The position numbers were made by a program, and so were the translations under genes. From Proteobacteria bacterium UBA6156 (lineage in GTDB: Bacteria; Pseudomonadota; Alphaproteobacteria; UBA2136; UBA6156), in the NCBI GenBank assembly GCA_002422365.1, contig DIUO01000015.1:9607-73606 (forward strand): a stretch of DNA of 64,000 nt. Direction: 5' to 3'. Below, one piece after another: positions 37,295-46,543 of this stretch. How positions within the stretch are numbered: position 1 is the first letter of the stretch; each line of letters opens with the position of its first letter. The notes beneath the pieces were generated by a model that did no database searches, was not told the origin of the DNA, and saw only the letters and a program-made list of their open reading frames with translations.

Positions 37295-37717
37295 TTATGT
37301 GAGTAAGGTGTTGACGATTTCGGCAGCTTGCGCCCGCGTGGGCACAATAAACGGGGTTAGGCTGCGCGACATATTGAAACTGTGGGGATTGCCTTCTTCG
37401 GCAATGATAACAAAAGGCTTTTGCAGGGCGCTGGCCCAGCCCATTTCGATTACACTGCCCCGGCTGATGCTGGTGGCATTCAGGCAGTCGAGAATCAGGA
37501 CGTTCGCCGCCCGCACCATGAGGAGGTCTCGGGTGGTGAGCGTAGCCTCCAACGCCGCACCCAAGCTAGGACTGTAACCGCCCTGGTGGCGTGGTTTGAG
37601 CACTTTGATAGACGTATGGAGTAAGGCTTCAACTTCGTGCTGGCGCGCCTCGACTTGCTCCGGCGAAAACTGGGCAAAGGCGCCCCCAAGATAGACGGTT
37701 TGATTCATTATCCGCAT
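37295..37717 (-). CDS. nucleoside 2-deoxyribosyltransferase-like protein (140 aa)
   Basis: VYLGGAF at the N-terminus and ANVLILDCLNATSISRGSVIEMGWASALQKPFVII fit the family pattern (glycine-rich N-terminus, D/S.G...E.G.A...KP). Confidence 0.6.
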   Translation of the reverse strand: MRIMNQTVYLGGAFAQFSPEQVEARQHEVEALLHTSIKVLKPRHQGGYSPSLGAALEATLTTRDLLMVRAANVLILDCLNATSISRGSVIEMGWASALQKPFVIIAEEGNPHSFNMSRSLTPFIVPTRAQAAEIVNTLLT

Positions 37718-37724
37718 TGTACAG

Positions 37725-37748
37725 AAAAAGGGCCGCTTGGCGGCCCTT
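37725..37748 (-). terminator. Rho-independent terminator of hupB
   Basis: agggccg-cttgg-cggccct followed by TTTTT on the minus strand. Confidence 0.7.
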
Positions 37749-37767
37749 GTGCTTACGCAACCGGCAA

Positions 37768-38040
37768 CTAGTTGACGGCGTCGCGGAGGCTTTTACCAGC
37801 GCGGAACTTAGGCTGGGTGCTGGCCGGGATTTTGATGCTTTGGCCAGTGCGCGGGTTGCGGCCAGTGGTGGCCTTGCGCTTGGTGGTGGCAAAGGTACCG
37901 AAACCGGTCAGACGGACTTCTTGGCCCTTCTTCAGGCTCTTGGTGATGATGTCGACAAAGCTGTCCAGCATGGAGGCAGCTTCGGTTTTGGTGCACTTGG
38001 CGGAATCAGCGATTTTGCTGACGAGCTCTTGCTTGTTCAT
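37768..38040 (-). CDS. hupB: DNA-binding protein HU
   Basis: 90 aa, MNKQELVSKIA...GFGTFATTKRKATTGRNPRTGQSIKIPA...FRAGK, the canonical HU sequence. It lies downstream of lon, as in many proteobacteria. Confidence 0.95.
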   Translation of the reverse strand: MNKQELVSKIADSAKCTKTEAASMLDSFVDIITKSLKKGQEVRLTGFGTFATTKRKATTGRNPRTGQSIKIPASTQPKFRAGKSLRDAVN

Positions 38041-38332
38041 AGGGTGATCCTACTCTTTGGGTTACCATTGTTTGCATACCGAAGGGGAGCCTTCGGACCC
38101 CGCAGCCAGCTTGGCGTGCCACGTGATGGTCAAATTAAAATGCTGGATTTCCGGGGTGTCAAGCGTTTGTTGATTTTTTTGAAACTGTTTTTTGAAGCTG
38201 AGCAAGGCTTTGGGTGGGGATAACCTGGGCTTGAAAGTCAGGTGTAAGGTGAGGTGTTTTTATTAACTTATTGATTTTATGCGCATGATTTAAGTGGTTC
38301 TTATCGTTTAATTTATAATACCTTACCCACCG

Positions 38333-38359
38333 AAACGCCCTGCCGAGGCAGGGCGTTTT
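38333..38359 (-). terminator. hairpin terminator downstream of lon
   Basis: 11-bp stem aacgccctgcc / ggcagggcgtt with loop gag. The T-run is stronger on the plus strand than the minus, so it may act bidirectionally. Confidence 0.55.
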
Positions 38360-38379
38360 GAGCTCGTAAAAGTGATTAT

Positions 38380-40983
38380 TTAGCGAGCATAGGCCCCGCT
38401 GGAACGGTTACCCGGCGCCTTGCGGGCAGGTGTTTTGCTGCGGGTGGGCGCTTTAACCGGCACTTTTTTGGTGGGTTTGGCAGGCTTGGCAGGGGCTTTT
38501 TTGGCCGCCGACTTCACCACTTTGCCCTGCAACGCCGGTTTGGGTTTGGCCCCTTTGCCGCCCTTACCGCCGAAGGGATTGCGCACCAGCGCTTGTTTGA
38601 GCACTTCGTCGACGTTGTCGACCACGATGACCTTGATGCCTTTTTTGATGACTTCCGGCATGTCGGCCATATCCTTCTCGTTCTCGCGCGGGATGAACAC
38701 GGTGGTGATGCCGCTGCGGAGTGCAGCGAGCAGTTTCTCCTTTAGCCCGCCGATAGGCAGGGCGCGGCCACGGAGGGAGACTTCGCCGGTCATGGCGATG
38801 TCGTTCCGCACCGCGATGCCGGTGAGCACGCTGACCAGTGCGGTGACCATGGCCAGGCCTGCCGAGGGGCCGTCCTTCGGCGTGGCGCCGTCGGGCACGT
38901 GGATGTGGATGTCTTTCTTTTCGTAGAAGTTTTGCTGGATTTTGAGGTCTCCGGCACGGCGGCGCACGTAGGATGCGGCGGCCTGGATGCTCTCCTGCAT
39001 CACTTCTCCTAATTTACCCGTGCTGAGCATTTTGCCTTTACCATCGAGCACTGTGGCTTCGATCGGCAGAATGTCGCCGCCGACTTCGGTCCAGGCGAGG
39101 CCGGTGACCACGCCGATTTGGTCTTCGGTATCCTTGACGCCATAGGCGTATTGGCGCACGCCGAGGTAGTCGGACAAGTTGGCGGGGGTGACGGAAATGG
39201 TGAAGACTTTTTCCTTCTGGGCCGTTTTGGAGGCTTTACCCTTGGCGCCTTTGGCGGTTTTGGCTTTGGCGCTGCGCACGTCTTTGGTTTGGTGCATCAG
39301 AATCTCCTTCACGGCCTTGCGGCACAGGGCGTCGATCATCCGCTTAAGGTTACGCACACCGGCTTCGCGTGTGTAGTAGCGCACTACGTCGCGCAGCACG
39401 TTCTCTTCCACTTTCAGTTCGCCGGGGCGCAAGCCGTTGTCTTCCATGGCCTTGGGCAGCAGGTGGCGCTTGGCGATTTCCAGCTTCTCTTCCTCGGTAT
39501 AGCCGGACAAGCGAATGATTTCCATACGATCGCGCAGGGCGGGCGGGATGTTGAAGCTGTTGGAGGTGCAGATGAAAAGCACGTCGGACAGGTCGTAATC
39601 CACCTCTAAGTAATGGTCTTGGAAGGTATGGTTCTGGGCGGGGTCGAGCACTTCTAATAAGGCGCTGGAGGGATCGCCACGGAAGTCTTGGCCGAGTTTG
39701 TCGATTTCATCCAGCAAATACAGCGGGTTGGAGGTACCGGTTTTCTTGATATTCTGGATAATTTTACCCGGCAGCGCGCCAATATAGGTGCGGCGGTGGC
39801 CACGGATTTCGGCTTCGTCTCTCACGCCGCCCAGCGCCATGCGGACGTACTCGCGCCCGGTGGCTTTGGCAATGCTTTCGGCCAGGCTGGTTTTACCCAC
39901 ACCCGGAGGGCCGACGAGGCAGAGAATGGGCCCCTTGAGCTTGTTGACGCGCTGTTGCACGGCCAGATATTCGACAATGCGTTCTTTGACTTTTTCCAGC
40001 CCGAAGTGGTCTTCGTTCAGCACCTTTTCGGCAAAGGCGAGGTCCTTTTTCAGTTTGGAAGACTTACCCCAGGGCAGACCCAGCAGAACATCGAGATAAT
40101 TGCGCACCACGGTGGCTTCTGCCGACATCGGCGACATCATGCGCAGTTTTTTCAGTTCGGCTTCGGCTTTTTCCTTCGCTTCCTTGCTCAGCTTCAGGTC
40201 TTTGATCTTCTTCTCGTAGTCCGGGAAGTCGCCTTCTTCGCCTTCGCCCAGTTCCTTCTGGATCGCCTTCATTTGCTCGTTCAGGTAATATTCGCGCTGG
40301 CTTTTTTCCATCTGCTTTTTCACGCGGTTGCGGATTTTACGCTCGACGTGCAGCAGGCCGATTTCGCCTTCCATAAACTGGTAAAGCTTCTCCAGGCGGT
40401 CATCGACCAGGTCGAGCTCCAGCAGCTCTTGCTTCTGTTCGATTTTCAGGTTGAGGTGGCTGGCGATGGTGTCGGCAAGGCGGGCGGGTTCGTCTATTGC
40501 CGCAAGGCTTACAAGCACTTCCGGCGGAATCTTCTTATTCAGCTTCACGTATTCTTCAAACTCGGCCACCACGGTGCGCACCAGGGCTTCCAGCTCGGCT
40601 TCCTCCCCTTCCCGCTCCAGGAAGGTTTCGGCCTTGGCGGTGAACATGATGCCGGCGTCCTTCATGTCGGTCAGGCGGACGCGGGTTTGGCCTTCTACCA
40701 GCACTTTGACGGTGCCGTCGGGCAGCTTCAGCATTTGCAGCACGTTGCCCAGGCAGCCTACGCGGTAGACGTCGTCGACGGTCGGCTCGTCCAGTTCATC
40801 ATCCCGCTGGGTGACCAGGATGATTTGCTTGCTGGCGTTCATGACTTCTTCCAGCGCTTTTACGCTTTTTTCGCGCCCCACAAACAGCGGGACTATCATG
40901 TGCGGGAACACGACGATATTGCGCAGCGGCAGAACGGGCAGCACCGGCGCGGCCTCGGGCGATGGGGTGGTGACTCGTGACAT
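38380..40983 (-). CDS. lon: ATP-dependent Lon protease with a Lys-rich internal insertion and a C-terminal tail
   Basis: LON N-domain, AAA+ (GPPGVGKTS) and protease domain (DGPSAGLAMVTAL with catalytic Ser). At 867 aa it is longer than typical Lon because of RSAKAKTAKGAKGKASKTAQKEK and a 65-aa KPAK-rich tail. Confidence 0.96.
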   Translation of the reverse strand: MSRVTTPSPEAAPVLPVLPLRNIVVFPHMIVPLFVGREKSVKALEEVMNASKQIILVTQRDDELDEPTVDDVYRVGCLGNVLQMLKLPDGTVKVLVEGQTRVRLTDMKDAGIMFTAKAETFLEREGEEAELEALVRTVVAEFEEYVKLNKKIPPEVLVSLAAIDEPARLADTIASHLNLKIEQKQELLELDLVDDRLEKLYQFMEGEIGLLHVERKIRNRVKKQMEKSQREYYLNEQMKAIQKELGEGEEGDFPDYEKKIKDLKLSKEAKEKAEAELKKLRMMSPMSAEATVVRNYLDVLLGLPWGKSSKLKKDLAFAEKVLNEDHFGLEKVKERIVEYLAVQQRVNKLKGPILCLVGPPGVGKTSLAESIAKATGREYVRMALGGVRDEAEIRGHRRTYIGALPGKIIQNIKKTGTSNPLYLLDEIDKLGQDFRGDPSSALLEVLDPAQNHTFQDHYLEVDYDLSDVLFICTSNSFNIPPALRDRMEIIRLSGYTEEEKLEIAKRHLLPKAMEDNGLRPGELKVEENVLRDVVRYYTREAGVRNLKRMIDALCRKAVKEILMHQTKDVRSAKAKTAKGAKGKASKTAQKEKVFTISVTPANLSDYLGVRQYAYGVKDTEDQIGVVTGLAWTEVGGDILPIEATVLDGKGKMLSTGKLGEVMQESIQAAASYVRRRAGDLKIQQNFYEKKDIHIHVPDGATPKDGPSAGLAMVTALVSVLTGIAVRNDIAMTGEVSLRGRALPIGGLKEKLLAALRSGITTVFIPRENEKDMADMPEVIKKGIKVIVVDNVDEVLKQALVRNPFGGKGGKGAKPKPALQGKVVKSAAKKAPAKPAKPTKKVPVKAPTRSKTPARKAPGNRSSGAYAR

Positions 40984-41001
40984 TTGCGGCTCCCTGATTC
41001 T

Positions 41002-41029
41002 CTGGTTCTTATTGGCTGGTTCTTATTGG
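41002..41029 (-). repeat. perfect tandem 14-mer (CTGGTTCTTATTGG x2) in the lon leader
   Basis: The minus strand reads CCAATAAGAACCAG twice, ending 18 nt upstream of the lon ATG and just before the AGGGAG Shine-Dalgarno. Confidence 0.8.
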
Positions 41030-41261
41030 CGCACCTTAGCACTCTTTATTGGAGAGTGACAAGATGGTATTTCGAAAATCTGGAAGGAATGCGATTCTCG
41101 AACGGCCTGCCTTGTTGGCTATCCTATAATGCCCATGGTGCGCAGCCCAAAATGTATATGCAAGCGTGTTGGCGCTTTTTGGGGCAAGTGTGGGTGCCCG
41201 GCTGCTTGCGGGGCAAGCAATCGACAAAGCGCTGCGCTTTTAGGGCAACAGAAACAGCTAA

Positions 41262-41289
41262 CCCCGGAGAGGTTACGACCTCTCCGGGG
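41262..41289 (-). terminator. strong hairpin downstream of clpX
   Basis: Perfect 12-bp stem ccccggagaggt-tacg-acctctccgggg. The trailing minus-strand sequence is only moderately T-rich. Confidence 0.55.
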
Positions 41290-41319
41290 TAATGTTCCGG
41301 GCCTTTGCTCAAGCTGCCG

Positions 41320-42669
41320 CTAGCTGGCTTTTTTGGCCTGCTTTTCGGTTTTTTCGGATTTGGCCGAGGCGCTGTCGGTATAGATTTTCAGCGGTTCGGC
41401 TTCTCCGCGCACGGTGTTGGCGTTGATGACCACTTCTTCCAGGCTCTTCTGGCTTGGCACGTCGAACATGGTGTCGAGCAGGATGTTTTCCATGATCGCG
41501 CGCAAGCCACGGGCGCCGGTTTTGCGCTTGATGGCTTGCTTGGCGATTTCGGTCAGGGCCTCTTGCGCGAAGGTGAGGCGCACGTTTTCCATATTAAAGA
41601 GCTGCTGGTATTGCTTGGTGAGGGCGTTCTTCGGCTCGGTGAGGATTTGCAGCAGGGCGGACTCGTCGAGGTCGTTCAGCATGGCCAGCACCGGCAGGCG
41701 GCCTACAAATTCGGGTATCAGGCCGAATTTGACGAGGTCTTCGGGTTCGGCCATCTGGAAGAGTTCGCCGACACCCCGGTTTTCTTCTCCGGCAACCTCG
41801 GCATTGAAGCCGATGCTGCGCTTTTTGAGGCGTTGGCCGATGACTTTATCGAGCCCCGCAAACGCGCCGCCGCAGATGAAGAGGATGTTGGAGGTGTCGA
41901 CTTGCAGGAACTCTTGCTGCGGGTGTTTGCGGCCGCCCTGAGGGGGCACGCTGGCCACGGTGCCTTCGATCAGCTTGAGCAGGGCTTGTTGCACGCCTTC
42001 GCCGGAGACATCGCGCGTGATGCTGGGGTTGTCGCCTTTGCGGGAGATTTTGTCGATTTCGTCAATATACACAATCCCGCGTTGGGCACGCTCGACGTTG
42101 TAGTCGGACGCTTGCAGCAATTTCAGAATGATGTTTTCGACGTCTTCTCCGACATAGCCAGCCTCGGTGAGGGTGGTGGCGTCGGACATGGTGAAGGGGA
42201 CGTCGAGAATACGGGCAAGTGTTTGAGCTAAAAGTGTTTTACCCGTGCCGGTGGGGCCGATGAGCAGGATGTTGGACTTGGCGATTTCGACCGGGGAATT
42301 GTTGCCGGCGGCCGCGGCGGCTGTTACGTGCTCCAACCGCTTGTAGTGGTTGTAAACGGCGACAGAGAGGATGCGCTTGGCGCGGCTTTGGCCGATGACG
42401 TAGTCGTCGAGGATGCCCATGATCTCGGACGGGGTTGGCAGCCCGTGAGCCCCCTGCCCGCCGCCTTGGGCCTTCAGTGCCTTGGCGGCTGTGGCGGGTT
42501 GGGCTTCTTCTTCGCGGATGATATCCATGCAGAGGCGTACGCATTCGTCGCAGATGAACACCGTGGGCCCGGCGATGAGTTTGCGAACCTCGTGCTGGCT
42601 TTTGCCGCAGAAGCTGCAGTAAAGGGTGCCGCCTGCGGTGGTGGAAGAGGAATCGGTTTTTTTGGCCAT
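41320..42669 (-). CDS. clpX: ATP-dependent Clp protease ATP-binding subunit ClpX
   Basis: Zinc-binding [29 protein letters not shown], Walker A GPTGTGKT, and an IGF-type ClpP-docking loop (here IGFNA). The true start is MAKKTD at 42669. Confidence 0.97.
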   Translation of the reverse strand: MAKKTDSSSTTAGGTLYCSFCGKSQHEVRKLIAGPTVFICDECVRLCMDIIREEEAQPATAAKALKAQGGGQGAHGLPTPSEIMGILDDYVIGQSRAKRILSVAVYNHYKRLEHVTAAAAAGNNSPVEIAKSNILLIGPTGTGKTLLAQTLARILDVPFTMSDATTLTEAGYVGEDVENIILKLLQASDYNVERAQRGIVYIDEIDKISRKGDNPSITRDVSGEGVQQALLKLIEGTVASVPPQGGRKHPQQEFLQVDTSNILFICGGAFAGLDKVIGQRLKKRSIGFNAEVAGEENRGVGELFQMAEPEDLVKFGLIPEFVGRLPVLAMLNDLDESALLQILTEPKNALTKQYQQLFNMENVRLTFAQEALTEIAKQAIKRKTGARGLRAIMENILLDTMFDVPSQKSLEEVVINANTVRGEAEPLKIYTDSASAKSEKTEKQAKKAS

Positions 42670-42780
42670 GGAAAACAGTTCGCTTTGTTGTGAATGCCGC
42701 AGTTTTGGGCATGGGCGGAGGTGTGTCAAGCAAATTGGCGGCAGGCGCGCGGAACGGTGCGGATGGGGGTGTGGCTAATG

Positions 42781-42822
42781 GGTGTTTTCGTGTTTAGTGT
42801 TATTGTGTTTAGTGTTTGGTGG
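42781..42822 (-). repeat. TG/CA-rich heptad spacer element (clpP-clpX intergenic)
   Basis: ggtgttttcgtgtttagtgttattgtgtttagtgtttggtgg, about 110 nt upstream of the clpX start. Confidence 0.7.
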
Positions 42823-42838
42823 TAAGTTTTAAGCGAAT

Positions 42839-42860
42839 AAGGCGGCCCTTAGGCCGCCTT
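42839..42860 (-). promoter_or_regulatory. hairpin in the clpP-clpX spacer (attenuator or partial terminator candidate)
   Basis: aaggcggcc-ctta-ggccgcctt. Its ggcggcc arm (RNA sense) could instead pair with two further ggccgcc copies at the clpP stop codon. Confidence 0.35.
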
Positions 42861-42878
42861 AGACGATGAACGGCGGCC

Positions 42879-43490
42879 TTAGGCGGCCTTTTTCTTTTTC
42901 GGTTCTTCCCGGTTGGTGAGGACGTGGTCGACCAGGCCGTATTTTTTGGCTTGTTCGGCGGTCATGAAGTTGTCGCGCTCGGTGTCCTTCGCGATAGTTT
43001 CCATTTTCTGGCCGGTGTGGTCAGCGAGAATCTGGTTGATCATCTCGCGCGTGCGCTTGATTTCGTCGGCCTGGATGAGGATATCCGACGCTTGGCCTTG
43101 GGCACCGCCCAGGGGTTGGTGGATCATCACCCGGCTGTTGGCCAGCGCATAGCGCTTGCCGGGGGCGCCGCCCGCCAGCAACAGCGCGCCCATGCTGGCT
43201 GCCTGCCCCACCACAATGGTGGATACGGGGCACTTGATGTATTGCATGGTGTCGTAAATGGCCATACCTGCCGTTACCACGCCGCCAGGGCTGTTGATGT
43301 AGAAGTTGATTTCGGCCTCGGGGTTTTCAGCCTCGAGAAACAGCAACTGCGCGACGATGAGGTTGGCGACGTTGTCTTCTACCTGCCCGGTGAGGAAGAG
43401 GACGCGCTCCTTCAGCAGGCGGCTGTAGATATCGAAGGAGCGTTCGCCGCGGGCGGTTTGCTCGATCACCATGGGGACGAGGAAGGACAT
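42879..43490 (-). CDS. clpP: ATP-dependent Clp protease proteolytic subunit ClpP
   Basis: Catalytic [11 protein letters not shown] (Ser) and [10 protein letters not shown] (His). It has an extra C-terminal EEPKKKKAA tail. Confidence 0.97.
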   Translation of the reverse strand: MSFLVPMVIEQTARGERSFDIYSRLLKERVLFLTGQVEDNVANLIVAQLLFLEAENPEAEINFYINSPGGVVTAGMAIYDTMQYIKCPVSTIVVGQAASMGALLLAGGAPGKRYALANSRVMIHQPLGGAQGQASDILIQADEIKRTREMINQILADHTGQKMETIAKDTERDNFMTAEQAKKYGLVDHVLTNREEPKKKKAA

Positions 43491-43503
43491 GTGGGTTCCA
43501 GTG

Positions 43504-43532
43504 CTTAGTTTTTAGTGTTTGGTGTTGAGTAG
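43504..43532 (-). repeat. TG/CA-rich heptad spacer element upstream of clpP
   Basis: cttagtttttagtgtttggtgttgagtag, 13 nt upstream of the clpP ATG. Confidence 0.65.
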
Positions 43533-43649
43533 TTCGTTTTTTTGCTGGCTATATGGGGATGATACGGGCATGCGCGCTTGCCGCCAAGGGGTTTTTGGCG
43601 TTTTATGGCCTCCGCCGAATTATTACTTATAAGATGTAGGAGAGAAGTG

Positions 43650-44696
43650 ATGCGCACACGCCGCCTTGGAACCACCGACCTGATGGTAACCGAAATTTGC
43701 CTGGGCACCATGACCTGGGGCACCCAGAACACCGAAGCCGAAGCCCATGACCAGATGAACTATGCGCTGGAGCAAGGCGTAACCTTTTGGGACACCGCCG
43801 AGCTTTACCCCGTGAACCCGCCCACCGCCGAAACCTATGGCTTTACCGAGACCTATATTGGCAACTGGCTGAAGCAGAGTGGCAAGCGCGACCAACTGGT
43901 GCTGGCCAGCAAGGTGGCGGGCCCGGGGCGGCCATATATTCGGGGTGGCAGCGGCTTCAGTAAGGCAGGAATTAACGATGCGCTGGATGGCAGCCTGAAG
44001 CGCCTGCAAACCGATTATGTAGACCTTTACCAGCTGCACTGGCCCAACCGGGGCAGCTACCACTTTGGCCAAACCTGGAGCTACCAACCCAGCCGCCAGC
44101 CCACCGCCCAGATTGAAGACGACATGCTGGAAACCTTGCGCACGCTGGCTGATGCGCAGAAGGCGGGGAAGATTCGGCACCTGGGCCTCTCAAATGAAAC
44201 CGCGTGGGGCGTATTGGAGTATGCCCGGCTGGCCGAGGCGCATGATTTGCCGAAGATGGTGAGTATTCAGAATGAATACAGCCTGATGTACCGCACGCAC
44301 GACCTGGATTTGGCCGAAGTGAGTGCGCGTGACGGCATAAGCCTGTTGCCCTACAGCCCGCTGGGTGCGGGGTGGCTGACCGGGAAATATTATGGTGGTG
44401 CCCGGCCGGAAAAAAGCCGTTTTAGCCTGCCCTATTACACCACCAGCCAGCGGCTGACGCCGCAGGCCCAAAAAGCGGCCGATGCCTATGTAGACGTGGC
44501 GCGCAAGCACGGGCTGGACCCCGCCCAAATGGCGCTGGCCTGGACGCTGACCAAACCGTTTGTGGCCAGCACAATTATTGGTGCCACCAGCATGGAGCAG
44601 CTGAAAACCAACATTGGCGCTGCCGATGTGGTGCTGAGTGAGGCAGTGCTGGCCGACCTGCAGGCTGTGCGGCGGGATTGGCCGATGCCTTATTAA
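43650..44696 (+). CDS. tas: NADP(H)-dependent aldo-keto reductase (Tas-like)
   Basis: MRTRRLGTTDLMVTEICLGTMTWG...YGFTETYIGNWL...LKRLQTDYVDLYQLHWPNR closely parallels E. coli Tas. The ATG at 43650 is preferred over the TTG at 43578. Confidence 0.85.
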   Translation: MRTRRLGTTDLMVTEICLGTMTWGTQNTEAEAHDQMNYALEQGVTFWDTAELYPVNPPTAETYGFTETYIGNWLKQSGKRDQLVLASKVAGPGRPYIRGGSGFSKAGINDALDGSLKRLQTDYVDLYQLHWPNRGSYHFGQTWSYQPSRQPTAQIEDDMLETLRTLADAQKAGKIRHLGLSNETAWGVLEYARLAEAHDLPKMVSIQNEYSLMYRTHDLDLAEVSARDGISLLPYSPLGAGWLTGKYYGGARPEKSRFSLPYYTTSQRLTPQAQKAADAYVDVARKHGLDPAQMALAWTLTKPFVASTIIGATSMEQLKTNIGAADVVLSEAVLADLQAVRRDWPMPY

Positions 44697-44703
44697 GTGA
44701 ACA

Positions 44704-44725
44704 GGGGGCCTTTGGCCCTCTTTTT
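44704..44725 (+). terminator. Rho-independent terminator of the tas-like gene
   Basis: gggcc-ttt-ggccc extended by wobble pairs, followed by TTTTT. Confidence 0.6.
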
Positions 44726-44728
44726 GAT

Positions 44729-44757
44729 AAAAAAGGCCCCGTCATTTACGACGGGGC
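44729..44757 (-). terminator. Rho-independent terminator of tig
   Basis: gccccgtc-atttac-gacggggc with TTTTTT following on the minus strand. Confidence 0.65.
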
Positions 44758-44793
44758 TTTCGACTATCGCCGCTTCTTATTTGTTGCATCAAC

Positions 44794-46143
44794 TTACTGA
44801 AGTTCGGCGAGGAGTTCGGAGGCGGGGATCTCTTTGGTGGTCACCTCGGCCTTTTCGATCAGCCAGCCGGTGACTTTGTCTTCCAGCACCGGGCCAGCCA
44901 GTTGCTGGCGGTTTTGGGGGTTGGCAAAGTATTGGCGGGCTTGCTCGGCCTGCGGGCCTGCGGCAGCGATTTGAGCCTGCACGGCGGCTTCGATATCCGC
45001 TTGGCTCACCTCAATTTTCTCTTGCTTGGCAATGGCGGCCAGAACCAGACCTAAGCGCACGCGGCGCTCAGCCAGGGGTTTGAGGCTGGCGATAGCTTCT
45101 TCTACGCTGTTGCCGAGGGCTTCGATCGGCATACGGCGTTGCTGGAGCTCTTGCAGTTGAGCGCGCCAGAGGGACTGGTGCTCGCTGCTGACCAGGCCTT
45201 GGGGCAGGTCGAAGTCTTTGTTGGCTTCTTCCAAAGCATCCAGCAGTTGGCGCTTGACGCGTTGCTCGGTGGCGGTGGTGAGGTCGCGCACGGCGCCCTG
45301 CTTGAGGATGTCTTTGAGTGCGGCGAGGTTATCGAAACCCAGTTGCTTCACGCTGTCGTCGGTCAGGGGCTCGTCTTTCGGGGCGGCAATGGCGTCCACC
45401 TTCAGTTTGAAGACGGAGGGCTGGCCTGCGAGTTCCTTCGCGTGGTAGTCGGCAGGGAAGGTGACCTTGACGTCGACTTCGTCGCCAGCCATGGCGCCGA
45501 CCAGGGCGTCTTCAAAGCCGGGTATCAGTTGGCCGGAGCCGAGGATGATGCGGAAATCCTTCAGGTTGCCGCCGGGGAAGGCTTCTTCTTTGCCCTCTTG
45601 GGTAACATAGCCCTGGCCGGTGACGGTCAGTTGGTCTCCCATGGCGGCTTTGGCGCCCTTGTCCTTCGGCTCGAAGCTGGCCATCTGGCCTTCCAGGCGC
45701 TTGAGGGCGCTTTGGATGAGTTCGTCGGCGGGTTCGGCGGTTTCGCGCGTCAGCTTCAGGCCGGTGTAGCCTTTGGCGGTGACGTCTGGGTAAATCTCAA
45801 ATTCGGCGGTGAAGGTGAAGTCCTTCCCTTCGGCGGCGGCGAAGCCTTCGCCTTCGTTACCCGAATGCACGCGGGGCTGGTCTGCGATGCTCAGCTTGTT
45901 TTCGGCCAGGGCCTTGGGCAGGAATTGCTGGACGAGGTTTTGCGCGACATCGGCGGCGATTTGGCTGCCCATGCGCTCCTTCACCACCTTGGCGGGCACC
46001 TTGCCGGGGCGGAAACCGGCGATTTTGACCGTTTTGGTCATGGCGTTGATGCGGTTTTCCATGTGCTGAGAAACCTCGGCCGCAGGCACCGTAACGCTGA
46101 TGCTGCGGTTAAGGCCCTGGCCGTTGGTGACTTCGGTTTGCAT
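44794..46143 (-). CDS. tig: trigger factor
   Basis: N-terminal ribosome-binding GFRPGKVP motif, a central FKBP-like domain and a C-terminal arm domain. 449 aa. Confidence 0.95.
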   Translation of the reverse strand: MQTEVTNGQGLNRSISVTVPAAEVSQHMENRINAMTKTVKIAGFRPGKVPAKVVKERMGSQIAADVAQNLVQQFLPKALAENKLSIADQPRVHSGNEGEGFAAAEGKDFTFTAEFEIYPDVTAKGYTGLKLTRETAEPADELIQSALKRLEGQMASFEPKDKGAKAAMGDQLTVTGQGYVTQEGKEEAFPGGNLKDFRIILGSGQLIPGFEDALVGAMAGDEVDVKVTFPADYHAKELAGQPSVFKLKVDAIAAPKDEPLTDDSVKQLGFDNLAALKDILKQGAVRDLTTATEQRVKRQLLDALEEANKDFDLPQGLVSSEHQSLWRAQLQELQQRRMPIEALGNSVEEAIASLKPLAERRVRLGLVLAAIAKQEKIEVSQADIEAAVQAQIAAAGPQAEQARQYFANPQNRQQLAGPVLEDKVTGWLIEKAEVTTKEIPASELLAELQ

Positions 46144-46235
46144 GTATGTCCCTTCCCCTACTTTTGAACTGAAACTTGGAAACTTTAGAATATTTTTAAA
46201 TTAATGCAATACTTAATACATTTTGTATAAACATA

Positions 46236-46312
46236 TGGGGCGAGCGACGGGGATTGAACCCGCGACACCAGGATCCACAATCCTGTGCTCTACCAACTGA
46301 GCTACGCCCGCC
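46236..46312 (-). tRNA. tRNA-His (GTG) with genome-encoded G-1
   Basis: Manual fold: G-1 plus acceptor GCGGGCG/CGCTCGC, C73, anticodon stem CAGGA/TCCTG with loop TTGTGGA, encoded CCA. Confidence 0.95.
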
Positions 46313-46433
46313 ACCGGTATGCAGGGGGTATTTGCCGCATGTTGGGCGTTTTGGCAAGACTTTGTTACCCAACATACCGAATTTTGGGCAACAGGATTGG
46401 CAGGCAACGCCTTTTGGCTTACAAACCCCCGGT

Positions 46434-46518
46434 GCGGATGTGGCGGAATTGGTAGACGCGCTGGGTTTAGGTCCCAGTATCTCACGATGTGTAGGTTCGA
46501 GTCCTATCATCCGCACCA
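46434..46518 (+). tRNA. tRNA-Leu (TAG)
   Basis: Manual fold: acceptor GCGGATG/CATCCGC, anticodon stem CTGGG/CCCAG with loop TTTAGGT, a long variable arm, T-arm GTAGGTTCGAGTCCTAT, encoded CCA. Confidence 0.95.
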
Positions 46519-46543
46519 ACATTATTATATTATAAGGCTTGGC

